Origin: Thainema sp.
GTDB lineage: Bacteria; Cyanobacteriota; Cyanobacteriia; Phormidesmidales; Phormidesmidaceae
DNA: 64,000 nt
Assembly: GCA_052168235.1 (NCBI GenBank)
Contig: JBQLZK010000013.1
Span: forward strand, 63,073 to 127,072
Reading direction: 5' to 3'
Shown: positions 1 to 10,792 of the stretch, in pieces
Layout: the number at the start of each line of letters is the position of its first letter
How positions within the stretch are numbered: position 1 is the first letter of the stretch
The notes under the pieces: generated by a model
The model's database searches: none
Seen by the model: only the letters and a program-made list of their open reading frames with translations
What the model was told of the DNA's origin: nothing
Made by a program: the position numbers and the translations under genes

Positions 1-195
1 ACAGTTCGTGAAAACAGTCAGGATTGAAGGCAATCAAGGTTGAAAACCATCAGGACACTAAGTAGGTTTGGCATAAATAAACGCATATAAAAAACTGGGA
101 GAGCTCCTCGGAGGGATGCTCCCCCGATTTTTTAGTTATGCATTTATTCATATGCAGCTACTTATCTATGTCTTCACTCTTATCCTCAATTACTA

Positions 196-2499
196 TCATC
201 CAACATCATCCGATGCAGCCCCCTCTGATTCAGGTTGACTTGATAGCTCATCTCCAGGATTTGCAGGAGCTGAAATATCATCGGTTTGAATCAAAGCTCG
301 TACTTTGTTTAGCAAGCCCTTTAGGTCAAGCGGCTTGCTCACGTAATCATTCGCCCCTGCTTCTAAACAGCGATCGCGATCTCCCGCCATTGCCATCGCC
401 GTTACTGCAATTACAGGAACAGAATGCCAAATTTGACTATGCCGCAGTCGGCGAATTAAATCAAAGCCATCCACGCCCGGTAGTTGAATATCCATCAGCA
501 CCAAATCGGGCAAACTACGTGGCGTCACCAACTTAGACTGTAGGGTTTGCAGCATAATCTGCCCATCATCAATCAGTTCGACCAGATAGCCTTCCATCTC
601 TAAAAACTCGGAAATCAGCGTTTGATTGAACGGCTGGTCTTCCACAATCAAAATGCGCTGCTGAGACGTTTCTTGGTAGTCCTGGGTTAGAAAGCTAGCT
701 GAGAGATCTAGAGCATTAGCAGGATCAGGCTCGGAACTATGATTGAGTGGTCGCAGCTGCGCCCGAATTTCGTGCAGTGGAATCCAAATACAAAAACGGC
801 TGCCTTTCCCCTCCGTAGAACTAAAGGATACGGTGCCGCCGTGCAGCTCAGCTAATCGTTTAGTCAGCGCAAGTCCCAAACCTGTTCCATCATGGCGACG
901 GGTTAATGAAGCATCAATCTGTTGAAAGGGCTGAAATAGAAGCGATTGTTTTTCTTGGGGAATACCAATACCGTTGTCCTGCACTTCAATACAGAGATAG
1001 GGGGTGCTATGGTTAATCGGGCTGTCGTCAGGTCGCTGCTCTAGCATGAGCTGGGTGCCGTAGGACAGATTGGCCGTTAGTTTGATTTGCCCTCGCTCTG
1101 GCGTAAACTTCACCGCATTGGACAAGAGGTTAACAATCATCTGCCTGACTCGGCGCTTATCCAGAGGCACCTGATCCAGCCGATAGTCCAGTTCTAACGC
1201 TAAGGCAATCCGCTTCCGCTCTGTCCGAGGACGGATCATGTCTAAACATTGACGACACAGATCTGGAATCGAAACGGTTTCCAAATCCAGATCAACTTTC
1301 CCCGCTTCGATTTTGGACAGATCAAGAATGTCGTTGATGAGCTGGAGCAAATGCTCCCCACTTTGACGAATTGCGCCAATGTGCTTTGTTTTTCGATCGT
1401 CTAGTGTGTCCGGCTGCCGCAGCAACAGTTCAGAAAAGCCCAGGATACTGTTCAGCGGAGTGCGCAACTCATGGGACATGGAAGCCAAAAATTCGGACTT
1501 CAGGCGCGAGGCTCGCTCCAAGTCTTGATTAATTTGCTTCAGCCGATGTTGAGATTGTGCCCGCTCAATGGCTGCACCCAAGGTGCGGCAAGCGGCTAAC
1601 AGCATGTCCTGCTGTGGTGCTTCTTGCAGCTTTTGTACGGTGCGAGATTCTAGGGTGAGAACGCCAATAATCGTACCGTCAGCCGAGGGAATGGGAAAAA
1701 TGCCAAGCTGACCAATGGCCGGATGGCGAAAGGCGGGGACAGCTTTGGGATGATTGGCATAATCTTCGACAAATGCGGGTTTACCCGTTGCCACCACGTC
1801 CCACAGTAATCCTTGACCGTAGGGAATACCCTGGTTGAGCGTCTCCTGCATCGTGGCAACAGCGGGTTCGCCGTGGGTGGCGATAAACTGGCCAGATACC
1901 ACATTGGTCAACGGCCCGGCCCAGCGCTCTCGGCCATCACCTTGGATGACTTTCACATCACCAAAGGAAGCTCCCATTGCCTGAACCAGGTAGTTCAACG
2001 AGAACTGACCGACTTCAATCAGGTTGTTTGAAGTCTGTAGGCGTTCAGTTAGACCTAACAGAAACGTAAGCCGACGAACTTCAGCACTCAGTTTGTTTTG
2101 TACCTGTTGCTGTTGGGTCAGATCGCGGAAGTTAAACAACCATCCACCATCAGAGGTACGCGTGGCGTGAACTTCTAAACAGGTTCCATCGGTCTGAGAG
2201 ACAAAATAGGCTCCACTGCCTGTACTGCGATCGCTAACAAACGTACTAAAAAATTCCGCTCGCTGTTCAGTCGTCCAATGGCCCTGCTGGACAACCCAAT
2301 CGATTATTTCCTCGAGGGTCGGCTTTTGGGCTAGCCACTCGCCGGGTAACTGCCAGATCTGTACCAAACTTTGATTAAACAGAATTAAATGCCAATCTGC
2401 GTCAAAAAGCGCGATCGCATCGTCAACCTGATCCAGGATGAGCGATCGCTCGGCTTCTAGTTGCTGTAGGCGAGCTTCGATCTGATCGGCAGAATTCAT
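196..2499 (-). CDS. Hybrid sensor histidine kinase/response regulator (PAS-GAF-HisKA-HATPase-REC)
   Basis: H-box FLASMSHELRTPL, N-box NLLSNAVKFT, G-boxes DNGIGI and GTGLGL, and a C-terminal receiver with LMDIQLP and KP. Start set to ATG 2499; the ORF track extends to TTG 2508. Confidence 0.93.
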   Translation of the reverse strand: MNSADQIEARLQQLEAERSLILDQVDDAIALFDADWHLILFNQSLVQIWQLPGEWLAQKPTLEEIIDWVVQQGHWTTEQRAEFFSTFVSDRSTGSGAYFVSQTDGTCLEVHATRTSDGGWLFNFRDLTQQQQVQNKLSAEVRRLTFLLGLTERLQTSNNLIEVGQFSLNYLVQAMGASFGDVKVIQGDGRERWAGPLTNVVSGQFIATHGEPAVATMQETLNQGIPYGQGLLWDVVATGKPAFVEDYANHPKAVPAFRHPAIGQLGIFPIPSADGTIIGVLTLESRTVQKLQEAPQQDMLLAACRTLGAAIERAQSQHRLKQINQDLERASRLKSEFLASMSHELRTPLNSILGFSELLLRQPDTLDDRKTKHIGAIRQSGEHLLQLINDILDLSKIEAGKVDLDLETVSIPDLCRQCLDMIRPRTERKRIALALELDYRLDQVPLDKRRVRQMIVNLLSNAVKFTPERGQIKLTANLSYGTQLMLEQRPDDSPINHSTPYLCIEVQDNGIGIPQEKQSLLFQPFQQIDASLTRRHDGTGLGLALTKRLAELHGGTVSFSSTEGKGSRFCIWIPLHEIRAQLRPLNHSSEPDPANALDLSASFLTQDYQETSQQRILIVEDQPFNQTLISEFLEMEGYLVELIDDGQIMLQTLQSKLVTPRSLPDLVLMDIQLPGVDGFDLIRRLRHSQIWHSVPVIAVTAMAMAGDRDRCLEAGANDYVSKPLDLKGLLNKVRALIQTDDISAPANPGDELSSQPESEGAASDDVG

Positions 2500-2600
2500 A
2501 GAGATCAACTATTGATGGAGCAACGGCTGGCAAGCAAAGACAGGCAACACAGACCCTGACGATCAGTATTAACGATAAATAACGATCAGTAAAAGATCAG

Positions 2601-2690
2601 TAGACTTTATCGGAAATTGCTTTGTAGCGCGGCGACGCCGCGCTACAAAGCAATTTCCAACCCCAAAAACTTTATTTCCAATAAAGTCTA
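2601..2690. mobile_element. 90-bp MITE-like element, family A, copy 1
   Basis: Ends TAGACTTTATCGGAAAT...ATTTCCAATAAAGTCTA with TA at both ends, and an internal 22-bp perfect hairpin. Near-identical copies lie at 45612 and 58135. Confidence 0.8.
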
Positions 2691-2806
2691 GTAAAACAAT
2701 ACGCAGATAAAGATGAGCAAACTGAGAACCATCTTTACAGATATTAACACTTGCACTTGTGCTATTTTTAACGCCGCTGCTTCAGTGTAACTTCAGTATA
2801 AAATCG

Positions 2807-3769
2807 CTATTGGGACACGCGGCTGAGGGCGGCAACTTCGTCAGGAGCTAGCGACCAGCCCAATGCACCTGCATTTTGGCGAGCCTGATCCGCATTCTTC
2901 GCCCCTGGAATAGGAATAACGCTGCCCTGAGCAATCAACCAGTTGAGCGCCACCTGAGCCGGAGTGCGATCATATTTTGTGCCGTATTCCTGCAGAAGCT
3001 GGATCAGCGGGGCAATCTTTTGCAAGCCTTTCTCACTAAACTGAGGATTCAGCTTGCGGGCACCCGTTGGTTTCATGTTACTTTCGGGCGCATATTTTCC
3101 AGTCAGCAGTCCTTGCGCTAGGGGACTGTAGGCCAAAATCGTGATACCAAACTCTTTAGCCGCTGACAGAACGCCGTTGCGCTCGATGTTGCGGTGCAGG
3201 AGGGAATACTGCATCTGGTTAACCGCCAGAGGAATATCCCGCTGAGCCAAAATCCGGTGTGCCTGCCGCATTTGCGATTCCGAGTAGTTGCTGACGCCAA
3301 TGGCGCGAATGCGGCCTTTCTGTACCCCATCCGCCAACGCATTCATCAAAGTTTCCTGGCCCATGAAAAAATCAAAGGGCGAGTGAACCTGATATAAATC
3401 CACCTGCTCGACCTTCAAGCGCTTCAAGCTCTCGGTGAGCGCATCATAAACGGCCTGTGAATTAAACCGCCAGGGCAAGGGAAAGTACTTGGTGGCAATG
3501 TGTACAGGCTGGTCTACAGTTTGTGAAAACTGCCCAATCAGCTTTTCGGATTGGCCGAAGCCGTAGACTTCCGCCGTGTCAAAAAAGCGAACTCCGGCTG
3601 CGATCGCAGATTGAAAAGCATCGCGCACCTGCTCTTCGCCGTAGTCGTTGCCGTAGTTCCAAAACAGCGAATCGCCCCATGACCAAGTGCCAATTCCCAG
3701 AGGTGGAATCGAAGGGCCATTGTTGCCGAGCGTAATTGTGGATTGGGCGGGAGAAACTGGAGAATTCAT
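2807..3769 (-). CDS. Aldo/keto reductase
   Basis: AKR motifs LGIGTW, FFDTAEVYG, IATK, DLYQVH, IGVSNY, AYSPLAQGLLTGK and IPIPGAK. Confidence 0.95.
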   Translation of the reverse strand: MNSPVSPAQSTITLGNNGPSIPPLGIGTWSWGDSLFWNYGNDYGEEQVRDAFQSAIAAGVRFFDTAEVYGFGQSEKLIGQFSQTVDQPVHIATKYFPLPWRFNSQAVYDALTESLKRLKVEQVDLYQVHSPFDFFMGQETLMNALADGVQKGRIRAIGVSNYSESQMRQAHRILAQRDIPLAVNQMQYSLLHRNIERNGVLSAAKEFGITILAYSPLAQGLLTGKYAPESNMKPTGARKLNPQFSEKGLQKIAPLIQLLQEYGTKYDRTPAQVALNWLIAQGSVIPIPGAKNADQARQNAGALGWSLAPDEVAALSRVSQ

Positions 3770-3888
3770 AGTCAAATATAGTCAAATGCTGAATAAATTT
3801 TCATGTCTTGCACAGGGTCGATTGAGAACGTGAAGTAATGATGTTGCCGCTGCGAGGCAGCGTACTTGCTCAGCGTGACACGCTGCAT

Positions 3889-3996
3889 AGATCCCCCTAT
3901 AGCCCTTCGGGCATGGCTTCGCCTAGAAAAAGGGGAAACTCTGAGCCAGAGTTGGAATAGCCCCTTTTTTAAGGGGGCGGCGACAGCGGGGGATCT
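3889..3996. repeat. Cyanobacterial short interspersed palindromic repeat (AGATCCCCC...CCCCTTTTTTAAGGGGG...GGGGGATCT type)
   Basis: 9-bp terminal inverted repeat AGATCCCCC/GGGGGATCT and an internal CCCCTT/AAGGGG hairpin. Single copy in this window. Confidence 0.5.
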
Positions 3997-4187
3997 TACA
4001 CCTACGTTGAACGCGTACGAGGCAGCAGCAACATCGCTCTTCCGGTTTTTGGTGCAAGAGGTGAGTTTTTCCTTAGTTTAGCGTTATAAATCTTTATCAA
4101 CTCCTGTCAAAAGTCTCACATTCACCTAAGAACGATTTATGGTGAAGAATGCAGATTTCTTACAGATAACGTTTGGCTGAGTAACCA

Positions 4188-5675
4188 ATGGCAAACAGCG
4201 AGTTTTCTGATTCTTTCTCACCGGATTCAGCAGCAGCGTCTAATCCACTGGTCGATTCCGTGGATGATCGTCACCAGCCGGAAGCTCAAGCCCCACCTCG
4301 ACTGGGTCTATTGAACATGTTTCGGTTGGGGCTGTTTCAGATGGCCTTGGGCATCATGTCGATCTTGACGCTAGGGGTGTTGAACCGAGTGCTGATCGAT
4401 GGTTTGGCTGTGCCCGCAATTGTGGCTGCAGGTGCGATCGCAATGCACCAGTTTGTGGCTCCGGCACGGGTCTGGTTTGGTCAGCTGTCGGATGCGAAAC
4501 CAATTTTTGGGTTGCATCGCAGTGGCTACGTGTGGCTGGGTGCGATTGTGTTTACGCTGGTGTCATTCCTGGCCGTGCAGGCCACCTGGCAGCTCGGCGG
4601 CACGATTCCCGATGGCTGGGGCTGGTCAGCTCCGACAATTGGCTGGACGGTATTCCTAGGTTTGTTATTTGGTCTGTATGGCTTAGCGCTCAGCTCTAGT
4701 TCCACGCCGTTTGCGGCACTGCTGGTGGATGTCTCAGATGAGGACAACCGCTCGAAACTGGTGGGGATTGTCTGGTCGATGCTGATGGTCGGGATCATCG
4801 TTGGCGCGATTATCAGTGCGGGACTACTGCGACAGTTGGAAGCCGACGCTCCGTTGGATTTGCTCCAGGGATCGATTAACCGCCTGTTTATCATTGTGCC
4901 GCTGGCGGTGGTAGGACTGGCATTTCTGGCAACTCTTGGTTTAGAACGTCGCTACTCGCGGTTTGCCGTCCGCTCCACTGTGACTGATCGGGAAGACCAA
5001 ATTACGCTGAAGCGGGCTCTGCGCGTTCTTACTGCTAGTCGGCAAACCGGGCTGTTCTTCACATTTCTGCTGGTCATGACTATTAGTCTGTTTATGCAGG
5101 AACCCGTGCTGGAACCCTACGGCGGCGAGGTGTTTGGCATGAGCTACTCCGATACCACGCAGCTCAACGCTTACTGGGGTTTGGGTACACTGGTGGGACT
5201 GAGCCTGACCGGATTCCTAATCGTGCCCCGAATTGGCAAACAGCGTACTACGAAGATTGGCTGCATTGGCGTTGCCGCTTGCTTTAGCCTGATTATCCTG
5301 TCTGGCTTTACCCAAACCCCCGAAATGCTGAAGTCGGCCCTGCTCCTGTTTGGCCTTGCCTCTGGTGTAACCACAACAGGCGCGATTAGCTTGATGCTGG
5401 ACTTGACCGCCGCCGAAACCGCAGGTACGTTCATCGGCGCTTGGGGATTGTCTCAAGCCATGGCGCGTGCGATCGCAACCGTGACAGGTGGAGCAGTGTT
5501 GAGCCTGGGCAAGCTGATGTTCAGTAACTTGGTCTTTGCCTACGGCAGCGTCTTCTTCTTGCAGGCCGTGGGCATGCTGATCGCCGTTTGGTTCCTCAGC
5601 CGCGTCAACGTGCAGGAGTTTCGCACCAACTCCAGACGTGCGATCGCAGCCGTTCTGGAAAGCGATCTCGATTAG
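4188..5675 (+). CDS. pucC: BCD family (PucC-like) MFS transporter
   Basis: RLGLFQMALGIMSILTLGVLNRV, ARVWFGQLSD and ETAGTFIGAWGLSQA motifs, with about 12 hydrophobic segments. Confidence 0.9.
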   Translation: MANSEFSDSFSPDSAAASNPLVDSVDDRHQPEAQAPPRLGLLNMFRLGLFQMALGIMSILTLGVLNRVLIDGLAVPAIVAAGAIAMHQFVAPARVWFGQLSDAKPIFGLHRSGYVWLGAIVFTLVSFLAVQATWQLGGTIPDGWGWSAPTIGWTVFLGLLFGLYGLALSSSSTPFAALLVDVSDEDNRSKLVGIVWSMLMVGIIVGAIISAGLLRQLEADAPLDLLQGSINRLFIIVPLAVVGLAFLATLGLERRYSRFAVRSTVTDREDQITLKRALRVLTASRQTGLFFTFLLVMTISLFMQEPVLEPYGGEVFGMSYSDTTQLNAYWGLGTLVGLSLTGFLIVPRIGKQRTTKIGCIGVAACFSLIILSGFTQTPEMLKSALLLFGLASGVTTTGAISLMLDLTAAETAGTFIGAWGLSQAMARAIATVTGGAVLSLGKLMFSNLVFAYGSVFFLQAVGMLIAVWFLSRVNVQEFRTNSRRAIAAVLESDLD

Positions 5676-5686
5676 TTTGTCTTAAA

Positions 5687-5744
5687 TTACCAATAAACCG
5701 CAAAGAACGCCTCGTCCGAGGCGTTCTTTGCGGTTTATTGGTAA
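5687..5744. terminator. Perfect 28-bp-arm inverted repeat between convergent genes (probable bidirectional terminator or stabiliser)
   Basis: TTACCAATAAACCGCAAAGAACGCCTCG-TC-CGAGGCGTTCTTTGCGGTTTATTGGTAA. Confidence 0.65.
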
Positions 5745-5748
5745 CAGG

Positions 5749-7176
5749 TCAGGGAGCGGGATCAACTGGTGCAGCGCTGATGGCCCAAGTTGATCGACGG
5801 GGAGCTGTCCAGGTAATGCCATCGTTGCCATCACCTGTCAACTCAATTTCCTCATAGGCCGCTTGAGTATCTACCGCAACCGCGCGATAGGGAACCTGTA
5901 AGCTGTCTAATCGTAGTGCGATCGCATCTGTGTCGGGTAAGTAACACATCGCTGCTGTTTGGCCATCGCGTAGACAGTGCCCATTTTCTGTAATCTGATC
6001 ATCAGGCTGCATGCCGACTGTGAAATAGTTCTTGGCAAACGTGCTGTAGGTTTTGATCGCATCTTTATTGGGATAGGGTTCTGAGAATTGGGCATTGCGG
6101 GGTTGATGTCCCCAAATATTGGCAACGCCGCCTGCCATCATTGAGTCCCATAGTCCCTGGATCGTCAGTTCTGGGTTGTAATCTTTTTCGGGATAGCGGG
6201 TCGGGGTGCGAATCCGAAACCGATCTTCGGAAAAGGCCGGACGATTGCCCGCTTTCTCTAGGTGAATCAGATACTCCTCGTAATCTGGCTGGTGCCATTC
6301 CCAGGAGGCATAGTCCAGATTGGAGCTGATTTCTTTGTATTCGTTTTTGTGGCCGCGCCCGCCAAAGGGGTGGGAATAGCTGCTGTAGGACTGGAACTTC
6401 GCTCGAACATCGTCCAGTTCTTTCGCATTTGCCCACTCAAACAGATCAAATCCATAGCTGAACGTCCAGCCAGGAATAGGGCCAAGGCGAGCGGCAATTT
6501 CTTGATAAAGCTGCTCCGCATCAACGCCGTAGGTGTCTGGGGTTTCGTCGCGGCTCTTATCACCCCAAATCCAGAAGTGCGTCGTGCCGCCCCGGCGATA
6601 GGTTTTCAGCACCACAGCTTCAAAGTAGGCAGGATTTTCCATGAAGTCGCGCAAATTGGTGATGTGGAACCCCGTAAAGCCGTGCCCATCGACAAATTCA
6701 TCTAGTCCCGCGTCTAAATCTGGTTTGTCGTACATGATGTACTGAGGCACGAATGCTTCTCCGGTAGCGGTACGAATCCACTTTTGCCCATTTGCAGCGA
6801 CAAAGCCTTTAGCGTAGTCTGGTCGCTCTGCCGAAATCTCAATTTCACCACCCGTACTGAAGCTCCAAACTCCGGGCTGGGTCGGCGTAAACCGAAATTT
6901 GGTTTGCCCGTTGTCCTGGAACGTCAGAACACGGTGCTCGGTGCCGTCGGTATGCCGAATTGTTACGGGCTGGTATGCCTCACCCGTCGCCGTGATTTCG
7001 TAACACTCCCAAGTGGGACGCTGCTCAACATCCGGCAATAGGCAGCTTTCCGTATAGTTCGCATTCAAAGCCGCCGACACATCCGGGCTAGGATACAGAC
7101 GATTCTGCACAAACACCGTCGATACGGCTACCAGAACTGCGATCGCAACTAAACCAAACAGTTTTGTCCACTTCAT
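5749..7176 (-). CDS. Secreted or membrane-anchored putative glycoside hydrolase (DUF5060/DUF4038-like architecture)
   Basis: N-terminal signal or TM segment, then FRFTPTQPGVWSF (DUF5060-like Ig domain), a barrel-like core with WDSMMAGG, and a C-terminal beta domain. The family is inferred. Confidence 0.55.
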   Translation of the reverse strand: MKWTKLFGLVAIAVLVAVSTVFVQNRLYPSPDVSAALNANYTESCLLPDVEQRPTWECYEITATGEAYQPVTIRHTDGTEHRVLTFQDNGQTKFRFTPTQPGVWSFSTGGEIEISAERPDYAKGFVAANGQKWIRTATGEAFVPQYIMYDKPDLDAGLDEFVDGHGFTGFHITNLRDFMENPAYFEAVVLKTYRRGGTTHFWIWGDKSRDETPDTYGVDAEQLYQEIAARLGPIPGWTFSYGFDLFEWANAKELDDVRAKFQSYSSYSHPFGGRGHKNEYKEISSNLDYASWEWHQPDYEEYLIHLEKAGNRPAFSEDRFRIRTPTRYPEKDYNPELTIQGLWDSMMAGGVANIWGHQPRNAQFSEPYPNKDAIKTYSTFAKNYFTVGMQPDDQITENGHCLRDGQTAAMCYLPDTDAIALRLDSLQVPYRAVAVDTQAAYEEIELTGDGNDGITWTAPRRSTWAISAAPVDPAP

Positions 7177-7380
7177 GGCTATTAACACCCTCTTGACACT
7201 GAAGGAGTGAGGAGTAGGTATTTATCCTCGTGTCCTAATCTAGCGATTGCTGATTCTAGGCCGCAGGGACGATTTAGTGCCTACATCAAACCTAAATCAG
7301 CCGATGAAGAAAACTTAACATTACAAAAAGGCTTGTCCGGCCACATGGTGGCCGGACAAGCCTCTAGCTTTAAATGTGTT

Positions 7381-7482
7381 TCTATAGCTGTAGTAGCCAA
7401 CTCAGTCAAGATACGAACATTTTTGCAGGGCGGCTCCGCCGCCCTGCAAAAATGTCCTAACCAACATGACTAGCGCTATAGA
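7381..7482. mobile_element. About 100-bp TATAGC...GCTATA MITE-like element, family B, copy 1
   Basis: Terminal IR TCTATAGC/GCTATAGA and an inner hairpin ACATTTTTGCAGGGCGGC-TCC-GCCGCCCTGCAAAAATGT. Homologous to 20790-20884. Confidence 0.72.
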
Positions 7483-7486
7483 TAGC

Positions 7487-10159
7487 TTATTTGGCTGAGT
7501 TGGCCTCTAGCTGTTGCAGCCAGAAGCGGACATCAACATCGAGCTGATTGCCTAGTTCCAACAGTTGACGCGATCGCTCGTCAGAAATTGGAGCTTGCGC
7601 GGCATGTTTGGGATTGAGCCGGGGCAGGATTTGAGAATTGAGATAGTCCAGATACAGCTCCTGGGCATGGGCGAAGGACAAATTGAGCTGAAGCTGATTG
7701 CCGACGCTGATTAAGCGCTTCAACCAGTCGATATGATTGTCTGTATTGTGAGCTGAACTGTGCAGCATTTGCCACAGCGATCGCAAAATCAACTGTTCCA
7801 GTAACTGTTTACCATGCGGCAGGTTGAGCCCACAGCGGAAGTGACTGGCTTCAACTGCGATCGCTTCCAGTTCAGCCAGATGAGCGAGGCCCGTTTGGGG
7901 CGGATGAATATCAACGCTGGTTTCCTGTTCCAGCAGGGACATGGCGCTAGAGGCTCGATGGCTGAGGGCAACTTCTGCCGCGACCTGGAGTTCCTGCGGC
8001 ACGTCCAAATTTTCGCGATGGAAAGCCATCAAAATGCCGTAGTTATCCCGATAAACCTGGCTGTAGAGCTGATCCAAACGCGCTAGCGTATCGCGGCTGA
8101 GTAACTGCATCAGCCGATGGCGCTCTTCCTCAAAAAGAGTGGATAGATCAAAGAAGGGTTCACCAAAGATCTGCTGCATCGTGAGAATAATTTGAGCCAC
8201 GCTGGCCTGCTTCAGTACGTCACAAAGCTGATCTTTTAACTGAGCATAGGCCAACCGACTCTTAAATGGTTGAATGCAGCAGTGGAAATCCCAGCCACCA
8301 AGGTGCAGCACAGCAAACACTAAATTCACCTTCTCATGGGTGATCTCCGATATGAGCTGGACTTGCCCAATCGCCAATGCCAGTGGCCCCATCCGCTGGA
8401 GATGGTAGTCAATCTGGCGCGTTGTGTAGCAGTAGATGCGCTGCTCCCGCTCATAAACAGTGAACAGCGAATTAATTGCATAGTGTGCCGCAACTTGCTC
8501 CAGACTCACCTGCGCTGGACGCACCAGTTGCCGATAGACTTCAGCTCCCGTCTGGAACTGTTCAACGTTGCTGGGAGCTAAGGCCAAGCGCTTAGTAAAC
8601 TCGGCTTCGAGCTGAACACCAGAGACTAACCCTGCTAGCTCAATTGCACGGGAGGCATAGCGCAGAATCTGAGTGCCCTCTGGCCGCGACAGCTCCTCGA
8701 AAAACCAGCCGCAGCTGGTGAACATGAACATGGCGTGGCGCTGCATTTCCAAAAGTCGCAGGGCATCCACTCGTTCGGTATTGGACAGTGGGTGCGACTG
8801 GTGCTGCTTCAGGAAGCGCTTGACGTTGGTGTGACTGCGATCGCGCAGAACCTGAACGTAATCATTGCGTGCAGCCCAGGGATCGGTAAACAGCGATCGC
8901 GCTGCTTTTTCATACACCTGAACCAGTTCATCCCGCAGCCAGTTCAGGGCGTCCCGCAGCGGACGCCGCCACTGCTGGTGCCACAGGCCACCGCCACCGC
9001 AGCCGCAGTCATCCTGCCAGCGATCCACGCCGTGGGAACAGCTCCAGGCGGTGACGGGTTTAAGTTCAACTTCCCAAGTGGGGGGACAAATGCTTAAGTA
9101 GTGAGCATAGTTGGTCACTGTCCAGTGACGATGGGGGAACTCGCCTACTAGCGCATAGGCCAATGCCTTTTCGGCTCCAGCTTTGTGGTGACCAAAAGTT
9201 TCGCCATCGGTGGCAACGGAAATGATCTGAGCGGGACGCTGATCGCCGCGTACCGCCTGCCCAATCCGACCCGCAAAATGCTGTGAACTAGTCAGGACAT
9301 CGTTGAAGCCCATATCGCGAGAGATGGGGCCATCGTAGAAAAAGATGTCTATGTAGTCCGTCTCTGGATTGCCCTTGGGCAGGAAGCAGCGATAGGGACG
9401 GGTGGGATCAATCTGGCCGCCGCTGACTTCGCGCCACTGGGATTCTGACTGATGAGGCGTTGGCAAGGGCCGACAGCGCTGAGCTTGGGAGGGAGCCAGA
9501 ATAATGAACTTGATCCCCTCGGCCACCAGTGCTGCTAGCGTCGGGTAATCCACCGCCGTTTCAGCCAGCCACATGCCTTCGGGATCGCGACCAAAGCGGG
9601 ATTTGAAATCCTCAATCCCCCAGCGGATCTGAGTTTCTTTATCTCGCTGATTCGCCAAGGGCAGAATGATGTGGTTATACGCCTGCGCGATCGCATTTCC
9701 GTGACCGTTCAATCGTCGGCAGGACAGCCGATCGGCTTCCAGAATTCGCTGGTAGGTTTCCAAATCATGCCGCTCTAACCAGTTAAGCAGCGTCGGCCCC
9801 ATGTTGAAGCTGAGATACTCGTAGTTGTTGACGATTTGCAGCACTTCACCCCGGTCGTTCAAAATGCGGGCAAAGGCATTGGGTCGATAGCTTTCATGCA
9901 GAATCCGCTCGTTCCAGTCATGGAACGGCGCGGCACTGGCTTGACGCTCAATGGCATCTAAATAGGGATTTTCGCGCGGTGGCTGGTAAAAGTGACCATG
10001 AACCACGACGTAAACTCCGGTAGCAACCTTGAGGGGATCATGGGTTTGATCTGCGATCGCACCGCGATCTTGATGTTTAACAAGATTAGGATCGACATCT
10101 GCGATCGCGGTTTGAGTTGTCGTGTTCAGTGTGGCTGCTGGATTATGCAGTTCTGACAT
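7487..10159 (-). CDS. Glycoside hydrolase family 57 protein with DUF3536 domain
   Basis: GH57 motifs HGHFYQPPRENP, GMWLAETAVD, ATDGETFGHH and MFTSCGWFF. Confidence 0.92.
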   Translation of the reverse strand: MSELHNPAATLNTTTQTAIADVDPNLVKHQDRGAIADQTHDPLKVATGVYVVVHGHFYQPPRENPYLDAIERQASAAPFHDWNERILHESYRPNAFARILNDRGEVLQIVNNYEYLSFNMGPTLLNWLERHDLETYQRILEADRLSCRRLNGHGNAIAQAYNHIILPLANQRDKETQIRWGIEDFKSRFGRDPEGMWLAETAVDYPTLAALVAEGIKFIILAPSQAQRCRPLPTPHQSESQWREVSGGQIDPTRPYRCFLPKGNPETDYIDIFFYDGPISRDMGFNDVLTSSQHFAGRIGQAVRGDQRPAQIISVATDGETFGHHKAGAEKALAYALVGEFPHRHWTVTNYAHYLSICPPTWEVELKPVTAWSCSHGVDRWQDDCGCGGGGLWHQQWRRPLRDALNWLRDELVQVYEKAARSLFTDPWAARNDYVQVLRDRSHTNVKRFLKQHQSHPLSNTERVDALRLLEMQRHAMFMFTSCGWFFEELSRPEGTQILRYASRAIELAGLVSGVQLEAEFTKRLALAPSNVEQFQTGAEVYRQLVRPAQVSLEQVAAHYAINSLFTVYEREQRIYCYTTRQIDYHLQRMGPLALAIGQVQLISEITHEKVNLVFAVLHLGGWDFHCCIQPFKSRLAYAQLKDQLCDVLKQASVAQIILTMQQIFGEPFFDLSTLFEEERHRLMQLLSRDTLARLDQLYSQVYRDNYGILMAFHRENLDVPQELQVAAEVALSHRASSAMSLLEQETSVDIHPPQTGLAHLAELEAIAVEASHFRCGLNLPHGKQLLEQLILRSLWQMLHSSAHNTDNHIDWLKRLISVGNQLQLNLSFAHAQELYLDYLNSQILPRLNPKHAAQAPISDERSRQLLELGNQLDVDVRFWLQQLEANSAK

Positions 10160-10792
10160 AAATGCTGACCTAAATACAGTATCGATAAAGTCAATAGACA
10201 GGCGGTAATTGGACGTGCCGTGCAGGGATTAACGTTGAAATATTGAATGCTGAATCGAAAGCGAATGAGCTAATAAATTCTAAACGAGGGATAAATAGGG
10301 ACAAATGAGGTCGATAAAGGGTGTTCATGCACCAGTTTCCAACTTAATCACTCGCTAGAGCCAGACTATAACTCGGAGCAATGGTCGGCAGAATCAGAAT
10401 TTAGATGATAGTGAGTAATGACTGATTAATGATGGGTTGGTGGAGCGAAACCCAGTTGAAATAGTGCGTCTAGAGCCACTCCATTGAGCAGCTATTTGGT
10501 TTTGGATTGGTATTGAAGATCCACAATTTTTTAATCATTCCTGTTCTTTATTAAACCGAGATCGGTATCCAGAACAACCCCAACATGCGATCCCCGCAAC
10601 ATATTGTTGCTGACCGTTGCAATCGCGTTAGGTTTTGCAATAGATTTTGCTCGTTTATGGGAAAACTGCACTGGGGGATCGTCGATCGCCTTAGGTTTAG
10701 ACCATAATTATGCTGCTAGTTGTGCATACCGTTTAAACCTGATTCAACGCTTATTCAATACTTGAACTTTGTAGGACGCTCTAGGATTCTGC